In this document: positions 36,871 through 50,563 of the stretch, piece after piece
Layout of the letters: each line of letters starts with the position of its first letter
Position numbering within the stretch: the first letter of the stretch is position 1
NCBI GenBank assembly: GCA_008632985.1
Contig: QPGO01000015.1
Location: 373,998-437,997, forward strand
Length of the DNA stretch: 64,000 nt
Direction: 5' to 3'
Source: Psammoneis japonica
Lineage: Eukaryota
Notes under the pieces: generated by a model
Database searches by the model: none
What the model was told of the DNA's origin: nothing
What the model saw: only the letters and a program-made list of their open reading frames with translations
Program-made: the position numbers and the translations under genes

Positions 36871-38732
36871 GCCTCCCCCCTGCGCGAGTGGGGGGGGGGG
36901 TGTTTTTGCAATCTGCTGCTTCAACGACATGCTCTGCATCGCAGAAGCAGTGCACGAGCCTGCAAGCACCCTTTGAGCCACAGCAAGCTTGCTCTTTTTC
37001 TTCATCAACATTGCACTGCACGTTTGTGAGATGAAAGAGCAAGTTTTGCTTGCAGCTCGCCTTCTGTCCCTCCACATTGATCGCACCCGATTCACACTGT
37101 GGTGATCTTGACTCACGGGAGCACCGCTGGCCACTCTGCTTCTGCGACGAGCGCTCCCATGCTCACAGCCGGCACTTCGACCATCTTGGTGAAGTGCGGC
37201 TGCAGTCTTCTTTCTGCCCTTGCAGAGACTCCTTCCTTCTGGAGTGACCAGTTGTTCTGGCCATCACGGTGGTCTCCCGTCCCCACATGGTCGTCACAAC
37301 TCTCAAAACAGCGTGGTGGTTTGCGTTTGGACTCAAAAGCTGATGACATTGCCATCACCTCAGGCCTCTTGGCCACCATCAATCGCGGTCCCCGCGCAAT
37401 GGTTGGCAGCCCCTGCACTTGGCCCTGGGCACGTCCCTTGCATCTGGAAAATGTCATGGGCTCTTGTTCAGAACTTGTTTTGCTCTTGTTGAGAATCCTG
37501 TGTTCTTGACAAGTGCTCATTGATTGTGCATGAATCGATTTTAACAATTGTTTCAACATGCCAAGTGGGATTTAATGCTTGATGAAAATGACTCCAATTC
37601 TTTGTTCAATCTTGACAAGATCATGACCACAATGATTTTAAAATTGTTCAGCTCACGTTCACAATTAATGCAACCTTCCAAGTGGGAAACAATTGTCAAC
37701 AAAACTTCTTGACAAGGGTGCAATTGCAACTGCTTTGCAACATTGTTCATTTCTGACAACTGCAACATTCATTCATTGCATTAAGATGCTCGTACATTGG
37801 CTGTGTGTTTCTTGCAATGTGATTGTGCCAGCTGTGTTTTGTCATTTCTGCAGTGAACGGATTTTTGCTTCCTGTTTCCTGCTCTTCCCTCCTTGGCTTT
37901 TTCCTGTCTCCTGCTGGTTCTCCTGTGCCACAGTGATGGCACGATGCTTTTGCTCATTTCGCTGACCCTTGCATCCGCTCTTGCTTGCCATGCACAAAAT
38001 CCAGTCATTCATTCTGTGTCGTGACCTTGTCTCTTTTGCTCGTCATGCCAGATTGCCAAAGCTTTACCTGCAAAGAAGAGAAAAGAGCTTGCAACAGATC
38101 AGAGCATTGCACATGCTTTGTTTTTGAGTGGGCTTGTCTTGACAAAAACAGCGCTTCTGCTCACCTTTGCACACGACCAAGTCTCTTTTGTGTTTTGCAC
38201 CAGTTTGCCAAAGCATCGCCTGCAAAGAAGAGAAAAGAGCACGCAACAGATGAGAGCATTGCATTTGCATTGTTTCAAATGTGCTTTGCTCACCTTTGTG
38301 TGGCCCCTGCAGGGCCGTCTTCCCTTCCATCTCCCTTTGCATGTCATCAACATCATGTCTGAGTTGAAAGATTGGCCAAAGCATCAGTTGTTTGCACTGT
38401 TGCCCAAACTCCGTGCACTCACAGACTCAGTTCCTGCCTCTCTCTTGCCTTGTGTTCCGCATTGTCCTCCTCCCCCTGGTGCTCTTCTGTTGCCTTCCCT
38501 TGCTGCTGATGTCATTGTCATGATGTTTGACGAGCCTTGTGTTTTGTGTTTTGTGTCTTGTGAGGAAATGATGGTTCATGTTTTTGCAGCAATGTCGAGC
38601 CTGTCCAATTTTGTTTTAAAATTCCATGCTCACATTCCGTTTTGAAGGTTTGAATGGTTTGAAATGACTCAATGAATCATCCAGTCATTTGGGTTTTGCA
38701 TGTGTGTCGGCAGTCGGTCAATTTCTCATCTT

Positions 38733-38845
38733 TCATTGTGTCGATGTGTTCTCATTAAGATGCAAATTTTCACAGTCTTGCTGCACAGTTTTCATCATGT
38801 CAATGTGTTCTTGTTAAGATGCAAATTTTCACAGTCTTGCTGTGC
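38733..38845. repeat. ~59-bp tandem duplication
   Basis: atgtgttc..ttaagatgcaaattttcacagtcttgctg occurs twice. Confidence 0.8.
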
Positions 38846-39149
38846 AGGTTGAGCTGGCAAATCTCAAGCTCAATCTCAGCCACAAAAGCTCAGCAGCAGG
38901 AGCCCTCAGAGAAACCAAGGCTCTGCTGCCGGAGCTGTTGCAGTGCCGGCTGATGGTCCAAACCCAGCAACTGCCACCACTGCTGCTGCCTTCACAATGA
39001 CAAAGCCGCTGCCGACCATGCAAATGCAGGCCTGTGCCACTCTGTCTTCAGCCACTGCAATCTCATGCACTGGCACAAAGTTCCCATGATTGTTGTTGCA
39101 TGCCCTGGCACCCAATGGAGTCTCCTCCCACAGCCATCCCACAAGGCAA

Positions 39150-42100
39150 CTGGTCACTTGCGCTGTCACACAGATGGCTCAATGGCATCTGCACAGGTGC
39201 ATTGGCTGGACCAAAGAAGGCCCCAGTCATGTCATCAGAAAGAAAAGGGGCCACATTGTTGACACAAGACAAGCCTTTGCTCCCCAACCAAGGTTGTTGT
39301 TGGCTCTCCTGGGATGCAATGGAGTCACCCAAGGGGCCAGCAAAAGATGTCTGGGCACTGGCTCTGTCTGTAGAAAGTTCCCTTGCCTTTGCAGGTGGGG
39401 TGGTGGCTCCGTCACCAAAGCAAGCCGATCACATCAGAAAGAAAAGGGGCTGCATTGGCCCAAGACAAAAGGCTTTTCCTTCCCAACCACCGTTGTTGTT
39501 GCCTCCTCCTGGACACAACAGAGTCTCTTGTGCCCATCCTCAGACAACTGAGTGCTTGCACTGTTGTCACACAGATGACTCCCTTGTCTTTCTTGCAGGT
39601 TGAGCCACCAAAAGCCATCCTGAGAAAACAGAGTGCTTGCACTGTCACACAGATGACTCCCTTGTCTTTCTTGCAGGTTGAGCTGCCAAAAGCCATCCCA
39701 AGACAATGCAGTGCTTGCACCATCACACAGATGGTTCCCTTTTCTTTGCAGGTTGGCTGATGCCTCCCCACAGCACCTTGTGCAGCTGGGCATTTTCTTG
39801 TGTGGAGGGATCTTGCAAGGGGCTGCTGCTGCTGCCCACAACATGGCTTGCAGCTTCCAAAATCATTCATGTGCCGTGCACCCCTCGGCAAGCCTGTTTT
39901 GCTCCAGTTGGAGACACCAAGACATGCAATCAAACTCACAACCAGACAAGGCTTTTCCTTTGCAACCACTGTTGTTGTTGCCTCCTTGAGGACCCAATGG
40001 AGTCTCTTGCAACTGTCCCAAGACAACATGGAGTGCTTGCACTGTCACACAGACAGTTCCCCTGTCTTCCTTGCAGCAGGACGGTTCTTGGCTGGGCCAA
40101 ACCCAGCCATGCCAGAGAGACAAGGTGCTGCACCAACACAAGACAAGGCCTTTGCTTTCCAACCATTGTTGTTGTTGCATTCTCTGGGACCTGATCAAGT
40201 CTTCCAAGGCCACCCCATGACAACAGAACACTTGCACTGTCACACAGATTGTTTTCTTGTTTTTGCAGGTGGTGTGGCTGGGCAAAGAAACCCAGTCATG
40301 TCAGAGAGACAAAGGGCTGTGTGGACACAAGACAAGGCCTTTGCTTCCCAACCATTGTTGTTGTTGCATCCTCTGGGATCCACTGGAGTCCTCCAATGCC
40401 ATCCCAAGACAGCTGCAAACCTCCTTTGCCACCAGGCTGGCAACACCATGAGTGCACCCACCAACCTGACAACTTTTGTCAAACATCATTGGCTGTCTTC
40501 AGTGGACCCCAGGTGACACTTTAAGAGCCATGGTTGGAAGTTGCAAAGCCATCCTGGCTGAGCTGCAGCTTCTGTGTCACTTCACACACCACTGCCAGGG
40601 TGAGACTTGACTCCCAAATTCAAAAAGTGAAACAACACCATGAGTGCACCCACCCACCCAACAACTGTTGTCAAATGCCATTGAGTGTCTTCTGCAAACC
40701 CCAGGGAACACTTTTCTCAGCCATGGTTGGGAGTTGCAAAGCCACCTTGGCTCAGCTGTGGCCCATGTCACTTCACAAATGTCAGGGTGAGACTTGAGCC
40801 CCAAAGTCAAAAGTGAAACAACATCATGAATGTGCCAACGCACCAAACAACTGTTGTCAAACACCATTGGATGTCTTCTGTGGACCCAAGGTGACACTTC
40901 AAGTGCCATGGCAGGGAGTTTCAAAGCCAACCTGCCTCAGCTGCAGCCCATGTCACTTCACAAAATGTCAGGATGAGACTTGATTCCCAACTTCTGAAGT
41001 GAAACAGCACCATGTGTGCACCCACCCACCCAACAACTGTTGTCAAACACTGTTGAATGTCTGCAGTGGACCCCAGGCAACACTTCAAGAGCTGTGGTCA
41101 GGAGCTTCAAAGCTGCTGTGGTGCAACTCTGGCTCTGTGTCACTTCACAATTTCAGGGCGAGACTTGATCCCCAATTTCTGAAGTGAAACAACATCATGA
41201 ACATGCCAACACACCAAACAACTGTTGTCAAACACCATTGAGTGTCTTCTGCAGACCCCAGGGAACACTTTTCTCAGCCATGGTTGGGAGTTGCAAAGCC
41301 ACCCTGGCTCAGCTGTGGCCCATGTCACTTCACATGAGACTTGAACCCCAACTTCTGAATTGAAACAACATCATGAATGTGCCAGCGCACCAAACAACTG
41401 TTGTCAAACACCATTGAATGTCTTCTGTGGACCCAAGGTGACACTTTGAGTGCCATGGCAGGGAGTTTCAAAGCCAACCTGCCTTAGCTGCAGCCCATGT
41501 CACTTCACAAAATGTCAGGGTGAGACTTGAACCCCAACTTGTGAATTGAAACAACACCATGAGTGCACCCACCCACCCAACAACTGTTGTTCAAACATCA
41601 TTGACTGTCTTTGGCAGACCCAAGGCAAACCTCAAAGAGCCATGTTTGGGAGTTGCATGGCCCAAGTGCCACACCGACACAAGACAAGGCCTTTGCTTCC
41701 CAGCCATGGTTGGTGTTGCATTCTCTGGGACCCGATCAAGTCATCCAAGGCCGCCCCATGACAACAGAGCATTTGCACTGTCACACACATGGCTTTCTTG
41801 TTTTTGCAGGTGGTGCGGCTGGGCAAAGAAACCAGTCATGTCAGAGAGACAAAGGGCTGCATGGACACAAGACAAAGCCTTTGCTCCCCAACCGTTGTTG
41901 TTGTTGCATCCTCTGGGATCCACTGGAGTCCTCCAATGCCATCCCAAGACAGCTGCAAACCTCTTTTGCCACATCTGTGGGCACAGTGCTTTCACACCTT
42001 GTGCAGCTGGGCATCTTCTTGTGTGGAGGAATCATGCAAGGGGATGCTGCTGCTGCCCAAGACATGGCTTGCAGCTTCCCAAATCAAGATTGCAAAGACA
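39150..42100. repeat. Complex repeat containing a ~186-bp tandem array (~40440-41660, ~6.5 units) flanked by ~300-bp direct repeats (~40133-40430 and ~41677-41968)
   Basis: aa(g/t)tgaaaca anchors at ~40625, 40811, 40997, 41182, 41358, 41544. Recurrent cacaagacaaggcctttgcttccca and tgcactgtcacacagat modules. Confidence 0.9.
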
Positions 42101-44099
42101 CCACACTTGGGTCAAGAACCCACTCAACAAATGCAGGCTGAGTGCATTTGGGGTGCATGTCATGCAGGCAGCAACTCAAACCAGTGTGCATTGATGGTGA
42201 TGATGATGATCTGGAGCACCACCACATGATCCATTTTAGTTTCTCAAGTGGCACTGGCCTGTGCTTCATGCACCACCACCCCCCAGCAAGTTTGTTGCTC
42301 CAACTGGAGACACCAGCAAGACATGTCATCAAACTTGCTGCCAGAGTGAACTCCTTGGAACTGAGGATGTGTGGCTGATGAACTCTGGCCATTGTCTTCA
42401 TTTGCAGCAATGGCAAGAGGGAAGAAGATGAGACATTCTTTCCAGTCTCTGTCAGGACAAGGCCTGAACCCGCAAGCAAGAACACTGTGACAACACTTCC
42501 CAAATGACATGTGATGCAATCCCACCCTCAAAGAAAACCAGAATGTTAAGAGACACACAATCACACCTCTAAAGAACAGCAAAATGCTGTGAGTCTTTTA
42601 AATGGATTGTCCAACTTTTTGTCGGACAACGCCGAAAACGCTGCGACAAGTCAAAAATCACAAATGATGATGGATCTCTTGCCTTTTGCACCAAGTTCTG
42701 CTCTGGAGCAAAGCATTCCAGAACAGTGGCCCTCAATGGAGAGTCCATCCACACTCACAAACCCATGCACTGACCAACTGCACCGTCGAGAAAAAACACC
42801 ACGTTGGCCAAATTCCATTCACAACCTGGTCCACATTTCATCCAACACTCGCACCTCTCTAGACCCGACTAGATGCCAAAAGCTCCAAGATCTGATTCCC
42901 CAAACGAACAAGTGTCATCAAAGAACTTGTGTCATGTAGAGTGTTGGCATGGAAAGGCCACTTTCAGCACTCGCAGTCCCAGATAATCATGCTGAAAACA
43001 TGACAGGCAAAATGAAAATGTGAGTGGAACAACACACACAACAACAACCCATTGAGGCCACGTGTCACAGTGTGCTCACCAGGTCACCTTTCCGAGGTAG
43101 TTCCAAGTTGCCCCAGCAAATTTCATGGCCTCAAATGCCACCAGCTCATCGTTGCATCCACGCATCCAAGAGCAGGCAAGGAGCCCGGCCACACAAGCCT
43201 CCACTTCTCCGTTTTACCCAGTGCAAAACCGAGTCTGGTGGTTGCACCAACAAGATCACCCAAAACAACGTGGGAGATGTTGTGTCTCAGATCATAAAGA
43301 CAACACGATTGCAGAGCAGGAAGAAAGGGTCAAAAAGGACCAGACACCCACACGCATGAACGAGATGCACAAAAAAGGCTCGTGAGGTGTGCAAGTTTCA
43401 TCAAAACAAGTCCAATGCTCAAACAATTACATTGTGCTCACAGGATTGCCGTTTTTGGACTGTGGGAAGGCTGTCTGACAAATGCCAACGTCGTGAGCAT
43501 CCCCGAGACTCCATCACATCGTTTTGTTCCCATGGCGTGCACTTTCAAGAAATTGTTGTCGCCGAAAAACGACATGCTGTGATTGCGAGCTGACCAAGAC
43601 CTTCAAAAACACATCAAGCACGTCACAAATCTATGTTGACATGCATGACAGTTGCGCCAAAGGATGCAGAGTGGGGTGAGGCATGAGGCTCCCAAACGGA
43701 CATGCTGTGGTGGTGCAAACACTGTGAAAAAAACCAACATCACAGATGCAACAATCGACCGCACGAGACGATCAATCCACCTGCGAAGCTTTGACAAAGC
43801 ACAAACAACATCTTTGGTGAGCATGCAATTGGTGTAAAATGAGAAAACAAAGAAAGAACTTACCTCTGCAACGTTGTCGACATGGGTCGTGTTAACATCA
43901 TTGCGGCTGTTGGTGTCTGTGGTGTGGTGTGGTGTGAAAAAATGTGCGTCCGCCGACCGCGAATCGGGCCACGCAGGTAAAAATGGTCAAATCATTTGTG
44001 ACTTGACATTTGTAAAAATGCATGATTAACAACTGGACAGAGTTGGCACGTTTGCAACAATTTTGTTTGTTAACAAGTTTCACAATCAAGTTGTTTGTG

Positions 44100-47000
44100 A
44101 ATGAGCATTTCTAAGAATGCATGGTCAACAAGTGAGAACATTGAAGATTGGTGGACAGAGACATGTGACACGTGCAAGCAATCTTGGTCTCCCAATCCAA
44201 CCAACTGCTTTGAGGCCCCATCAGTGGCCTGGTCCTTTGACGGTCCCCACATGCTGTCCTGGACAGCAGTGCCCTCTGCAACGCCACCCACAGAACCAGC
44301 GGATCTTGTTGCCTCCCCGGCAGGTGCTCTCGTTGCCAGCAAACCAATCCCAGAACAGAGAGCCTTGATCCCACTGGATGCACCAGCCAGTCTCACTGAT
44401 GTGCAAGCAGCAGCCAAGCTGTGGTGTGCTGTCCCAGGATCTTTCAGCTGCCCTCGTGCTTGGATGTTCCAGTGGGACAGATCTGGGCAGCAGACATTGC
44501 CTTTGAGCAATTTCAGGAGAGCCTGGCCGGCATGTCCCAGGACGCCGCACCCCCTCCCCAGCTGTGTGGGACAAGCAGTTGCTGCTCAAGGAATGGTTTG
44601 CCACCATGGCAGCCTTTCTGGCGGATGTGACAGTGGAGCTGGTGCCCAGCGCACAATTTGCTGGTTCGCTGACCATGCCTGACCCCACCGGCTCTGGCGC
44701 GAGCACTCCAGTTTCATCTGAGCTGGCAATGGTTGACCATGATCTGGCCTTTCAGCTGCATTGGGGTTGGATCCTCATGCGGCATGATGAGTCTCTTCAA
44801 GAGACCTGCCTGGACTGTGAGTCAAAAGCCTTTGCCGGCGTATGCCCCTCGGACTGCTGTCTCGGTTTTTGCCTGGCGGAGCGCTGCTCTTCGACTTGTG
44901 GCATCACCTCCAATTCCGGGTCCCTGGAATGGGAGCTCCAGCTCAAGGTCTGGTGCTCATGGCTTGCGTCACAACCAACCAGAGTGCTTGACTGAGAGTG
45001 CATCAGACATGAGAGGAAGCAGAGTCAGCAAGCGACAGAGGACAATTGACACATCAACTGGAAATTCGAAATCATTGTCATTCATCACAAGCACACCTTT
45101 TCTGCAGCCTGCGCGATCGCAATGACCAGCAATGTCTCGGCCCTTAACCCAGCACCTCCTTTCAGACCGTCAATTGGACATTGGGGTCAAAGGTGGACTT
45201 GATTGCCTTGTTCACACAACCCCCATGCCAAATGTTGAATGGCACCTTAATGTTCCCATGCCATCTCACTTTTCAAAAAGTGATTTTTTCAACGAATGCC
45301 TCTCAAAACACATGCCACCAAGTTCTCGATTGCTCTCTGCAATTCTGTCACCTCCCACTCATCTTTGATCTCCTCTGCAATGCCCCAATGTGTGCTGGTG
45401 TTGCAACCTGACTGGCAACTGGCACTCCTTTCTCCAACCTGAAGGCTTCTGCCAAGAGGCGGCTGCCTCCTGCTGGCCTCCCCTTTTGCAGCACTTGACC
45501 TTGTCCTCAGCGTCATGCTCAAACAACTGAACTCCAAACTCCAACAACATCTCCTGTCCACCAACGTCACCTCCACTGCCTCCCTCGTTGATGACACTGG
45601 CATGTGGCTGCCCACACTGAGCTCCCGTGGTTTTTTTGAATGCCTCACAATGACTGGCCCACAAGAACACAGCGTCCACCTCAGCTGCAATGACAAAACC
45701 ACCATCCTTGCCTCCATCACTGGCACCTCCCCTCTTCCCAACCCACCCCCTGCAAGTGCCACAGCCTTGCGTCATGCCCTCTTGAGGGCAGCAACCTTGA
45801 CCACCTTTCATCCTGCCTCTGCAACATCCAAACTGAAAGCTCTGTCTGCCACACCTGTGCCATCTCCTCCATTTTGCACCTCTTGGTCTCTGACATCTGC
45901 TGCAACTTTGACCCTGACAACCCATTTGCCATCACTGCCTGCCTGGACATCATGATTTCAACAAGACACTCAAAATCACTGTCGCACATTTCTGCAACAC
46001 CTCACCACCCCATTCCACAGTGCTGTTGCACCTTCCTGCATCTGGTGCAGGTGGCCTTGGCTGCTGCTCCATCATGGCTGGTGTGATCCCCTTCCTTGTC
46101 ACACAACTCTTGCTTGCTCCTTCCATTGTGCAGTGCACTGCCTTGCCACATCCGCCTCTGGTGACCCGCTCCCACTCCCAACCTTTGGTGCTTGATCCCT
46201 GCAAATCTGGGCCACCTCTTGTGAGTCTCTGTGACCACACCAAGTTTTTCACCATTGCGGCAATGCCACACTCCCTCCCTCCAAGCTCTTGTGGCATCTT
46301 TCCCACTCAAGACTCTCTCCACACCCTTTGTCTCATGCCCACTTCAAGAACCAGCTAAACCACCTTCACCTCAATGGTCCATCACAAGTCACCACCATCC
46401 TTTCTTCCCTTCTGTCTCCTCTCACCAGCCTTCCACCACACTCACTTGCCCACTCCATTCCCGCCCAATGTCTCCCATCCAACATTTTCCAACCAATGCT
46501 GCAATGCAAGCTCCACCTTCCCACACCCACCAACCAACAACCTTCTGTCTCCTGCCCTTCTTGTGCAGGCACTGCTGACCCCTGTGGCAATCATGCCTTC
46601 TTTTGCCACTCCCTTGGACACAAAACCCCTCTGTCCAATGCCACATGTGATGGCCTTTTTGCCATCCTCCAAACCATTGGCCTGCTCTCCAGATTTTGTG
46701 CTGACTGCTCTGCCATCCATCATAAAACCACCAACCTGGTGCTGCATTCACCACTCAAGTGCCCTGCCAATGTTGGCATCAAACTCACCCCCACCTCTTC
46801 CACTGCCACCCCCTTTCCCACAACTGCCTTGCTGTTGACATCACGGTTCTCAACCACCTTTGCTTCCACCTCCTGGCTTGCCTGTCCTCACCCAAGACCC
46901 CACCAACAAGGCACACCATGCAAGTGCAAAACACAAATTCCACAGAACTCATGAGACCCAAGACAGCACCACCACAATCACCCAATGAAGCTGGCACACA

Positions 47001-47420
47001 CCTTGTTCCCTTTGCCATTGACAATCTCAGCACCCCTGGGTGCTTTGCTCACTGCCTGCTCTTTGGTGCCAACCAAGACCATCCACTCCTCCCCTCCCTT
47101 CCTCCACTGCCCTGGAATTCAGAATCCTCCTTCCAACACCCAGCTGCATGTGTTGCCTGTGCCAATGCCCAACTCTCCCCATCTGGCCTCATTCCTGCTG
47201 CCACAGCTTCCTGGACTGCACCACGCAACTGCTCCCACCCAATGGGGCCTCCAGAGCCTCAGCCTTGTTGTTGCCAAGTCCCTTGCTGATCAACTTCTTT
47301 GCTGCTTCACCAAATCACATGCCAAACTTGCTGCTCCTGGTCCCAGAACCCTCCCATTCCCTGCCTGCATGACACAATTTCATCCCACCATGCCATCTGC
47401 ACCTCACACCACACCATTCA
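44100..47420 (+). mobile_element. Degenerate CRE-like non-LTR retrotransposon (RT plus restriction-like endonuclease)
   Basis: IGVKGGLD, EGFCQ, ACLDI (YxDD position), GGLG, C..C...DPCGNHAFFC...KTPLSNATCD (CCHC), CPANV (RPAD-like), AVDITV, PFAID. Confidence 0.8.
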
Positions 47421-47451
47421 TTGACGTTGCACATGAACTTCTCATGTGCAT

Positions 47452-47528
47452 GTGCCAGGCAGTTACCCCAACCAACAAGCAATTGCTCAAGTGCCAGGCA
47501 GTTGCCCCAACCAACAAGCAATTGCTCA
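47452..47528. repeat. 39-bp tandem duplication at the 3' end of the CRE-like element
   Basis: gtgccaggcagtt(a/g)ccccaaccaacaagcaattgctca occurs twice. Confidence 0.85.
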
Positions 47529-47739
47529 CTTTTTCCATTGTTTCTGGGTCTTGTTTTTCTGAGGATGGAGACATGGTTGGATCACCAGGCAATTGCACTT
47601 TTGGGGCACATGCAAGGAAATCTGAAAGCAGGCACAGGTGTGGCTTTCTTTTGTGCTTTTTCAAGTTCTTGCCTGTTGGGGTCTTTGCTCAGCATTTGGA
47701 AATCAAGCGATGCAGCTCTCAGAGCTGGTGACCAAATCT

Positions 47740-48400
47740 GACCCAGCTGAGATGAGAAAAATTCCAACTGGATCTCCAGGTGTTGGCAAGTCAGCTCTGC
47801 TCTTCTTGATGGCACCATGACATCAACTGTTGCTTCTCAAGAAAGCACACACAACCAAGCAGCCTGCTCTTGCAAGGTGGAGGCCAAGGATGAAAAAGGA
47901 TGCTGCACTCTTTTTGTGGAATGTGGAGACCAGCCATCTGTGCTCAAGATGTCATTTTCCCGAGAAGCAGCCCCAAAAGATTTCCTGATTTGGCATGCAG
48001 AAAGAATTCTGTGGCTGTGCCAAAGCACTGAAGCCCAATCCTGCCATGGCCATCAATTGCACAAACAGTTGGAAACCTGCCATGGCCAATTTTGCTGATG
48101 TTGATGCTGACTTCGTTTGTGGCTTGATCTTGGTGTGAACTCAGCATGCACAGCAAGAAGCAGCATGGCTTTGACAAGCAAACACTCTGGCAGGATTTTG
48201 CCAGTCACATCCCAATGATGGCTCCACTTGCTTCAGTCACTGTCTGGCTTGTTTCCCCAAGTGGTGCCAGCCTCCAACACATCCCACCATCTGAATTTTC
48301 TTCCAATCATGCTGAGCTGAGGTGACACGCAAGAGCACCAACATGGTGAACAGGACAGGGCCTGAGTCACCTGGTTCAAGGATCTGGCCATTCACGCACA
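47740..48400 (+). pseudogene. P-loop NTPase remnant (possibly Crinkler-type)
   Basis: IPTGSPGVGKSALLFL Walker A motif. The rest is degraded. Confidence 0.4.
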
Positions 48401-49801
48401 ATCTTTTGTTGACTTCTGCTTTCTCCAATGCTCAACAAGTGCTCTTTCAAGATGGCACCAATGTGCTGAAGCACGCTGTCACTGCAATGGGTGCACCCGC
48501 CACAGCAGAGCCTTTCCCCAAAGAGGGACACTGACTGGACTCCTCAAGCACAGCAAAATCATTTGTTGCACAAAGGCAGCCAGGCATGCTTTGGTCAACT
48601 CTGCCTTTTTTTCACAACATGTGCATTGTTGGAGAGTTTTTGTTGCCACCTTTTTCTCTTTCTCATGTTGCAGTCCAAGGGGTCATCAAATTTTGTTTTT
48701 AAGGTCACCCTGCCCACACTGGACGGTGCCGATGAACAACAGGGAAGGCCATTCATGGGAGCAAGCACACTGTTGACAACCAGCTCTGGCCCTTCAAGCA
48801 GCCCTTTGATGGTGCCACAGATGGTGCCTGCATTGGTTTCTCCATGTTTTTGCAGATTCTTCAGCGCCGCTTCCTTCTTGTGCCACATTGCTTTTCAAGT
48901 TAAAACACCAGCCAAATGGCGCCCAGTGTTCTCCCCTGCCCTCCTTGCAAGCCCATTTTTTGGACATGATGACTGCAGATTCTGACCAATCAATCAGCTG
49001 TCAGAGAAATGACAGTCAAGTGAACAAATGGCATGGAGCTCCCAGCAAACTGGCGACAGCGACAACATGTGCGCCAGCAAAAGAAAAGAGAATGTGAGAA
49101 GAGGCACGGAGATTGCAGAGAGAAGATCCACCAGACAAGGTGCTCAAGCACCCTCTGCATGCTGTGGCTCTAACTCAGGAGTGTGTTGGAGCAGATCAAT
49201 CTGAGACATCAGATGCAAGCAGCAGTGAGATGTTGGAAACAGTGTGGGCAGACCCCAAAGATGCTCGAAGCCACTGCAAATGAAGACCCCCTGAGCAAGC
49301 ACACACTGCAGCTGTGTGAAAGAGCAGCAAGGTGAGCTCTGAGATTGCATTTTAGAAGAAGCAACATGACAAGCTTGTTCATTTGAGCAAACCCAAAAGA
49401 GTTGGGTTCTGACATGAGATGTGCGCTCACTGTGTGTTGCTTCAGCAGGTCCCATGCCTCTGCCATCAAAGACGATTGCTCGGACACTTCCTGGCCCACA
49501 GAGCACAAGAACGGTTGTCCATGTGCAAAAGGGGGGCAGGCGTGAAAATTCTGAAGGAAATGTTTCTCACCTGCTCCACGTCAGGAGCAGAGCACCAGCA
49601 GTGACAAGCTGGTGTGGTCAAGAAATAGAAATGCCCGAAAAAATGCGCAGCTTCCAGCTCCTGGCTGCGCGAACAGTGACACCGCTGTCCGCTCACTTTT
49701 TTGTCTCGGGTTCTCGTTTTCCCGCCATGATGCCGTGGCTTCTTGCACATTTGTCCCTCACCCTGCTAAGCTCTCTCTCTTCCGATTCCCGAAACCTTGA
49801 A

Positions 49802-50563
49802 ATGAAGCCGAGGCTTTATAGTGCCGCATTCTGTCCATATGCTCAGAGAGTTTGGGCTGCATTGAACGAGTTGCATGTAGATTTCGAGTATGTCGAATCG
49901 TTGGGGTCCGGACTGGAACCGTCCTATACCAAAGTGCCGGAGCTCTTAATGGTCAATCCAAAAGGATTGGTACCAACTCTATCATATCCTAACAAGAACG
50001 AAGTGTATTGCGAAAGTATCAATATTTTGAAGCACCTATTTTTGAAGGATGACACAAGTGGCGCGCATTCAAAAGAGGTGTCAACCTTGGAAAAGGAGGC
50101 AGTGCGGTGGAACGAGATTCTTTGTTCGCCCTTTTACCGAGTTTTGATGAAACAAGATATGAGTGAAAGTGAAGCTGGGTGGAATGACATGGTCCGAGGA
50201 CTGGAGCAATTCAGCGAGCGACTGCGATGGAAGACAAAGAGTGAAATTAGCTTCTATGAGTTCAACGGCAAGCGGTCCGATGCTCCATGCCTCGTGGATT
50301 TCACCGTCTTTCCCTTTGTTCACCGACTCTATATTATTCAGCATTATAGAGGGTTTTGTCTCGCAAACACTAGAGGGGTGTCCAAGGACGTGGAGACTAA
50401 ATTGAAAGCTTGGCAAAACAAAATGGAGGAGCGCCCGTCAGTTCGAAAAACACTGGCAGATGAAAAGTACTTGGTCGCAGTATACAATCGCTACGCAGAC
50501 GGAACAGCACAATCAAGAGTGGGCGACGCTGTCCGCCAAGGAAAGGAAGCTCATGAAATATGA
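49802..50563 (+). CDS. Glutathione S-transferase (omega/lambda-like, CPY active site)
   Basis: FCPYAQRVW, VNPKGLVPTL, ESINI, LVDFTVFPFVHR. The true start is probably MKPRLY at 49802. Confidence 0.9.
   Translation: MKPRLYSAAFCPYAQRVWAALNELHVDFEYVESLGSGLEPSYTKVPELLMVNPKGLVPTLSYPNKNEVYCESINILKHLFLKDDTSGAHSKEVSTLEKEAVRWNEILCSPFYRVLMKQDMSESEAGWNDMVRGLEQFSERLRWKTKSEISFYEFNGKRSDAPCLVDFTVFPFVHRLYIIQHYRGFCLANTRGVSKDVETKLKAWQNKMEERPSVRKTLADEKYLVAVYNRYADGTAQSRVGDAVRQGKEAHEI

Noticed and set aside
36870..38700. Transposase or other identity for this segment (also 1500-5000, 42400-43870, 61150-62640)
   Set aside because: Probably decayed TE coding DNA, but I could not recognise any diagnostic motif.
40440..41660. 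Possible CRISPR array
   Set aside because: Whole ~186-bp units repeat with no unique spacers, the context is eukaryotic, and there are no cas genes.
32330..49760. Alternative genetic code or foreign (viral/HGT) DNA as the cause of the odd composition
   Set aside because: The same signature appears on a duplicate of resident host genes, and it is independent of frame and strand.
49421..49801. 127-aa N-terminal extension of the GST
   Set aside because: It lies in the TA-depleted edge, starts at a non-ATG codon and has no GST-like features.
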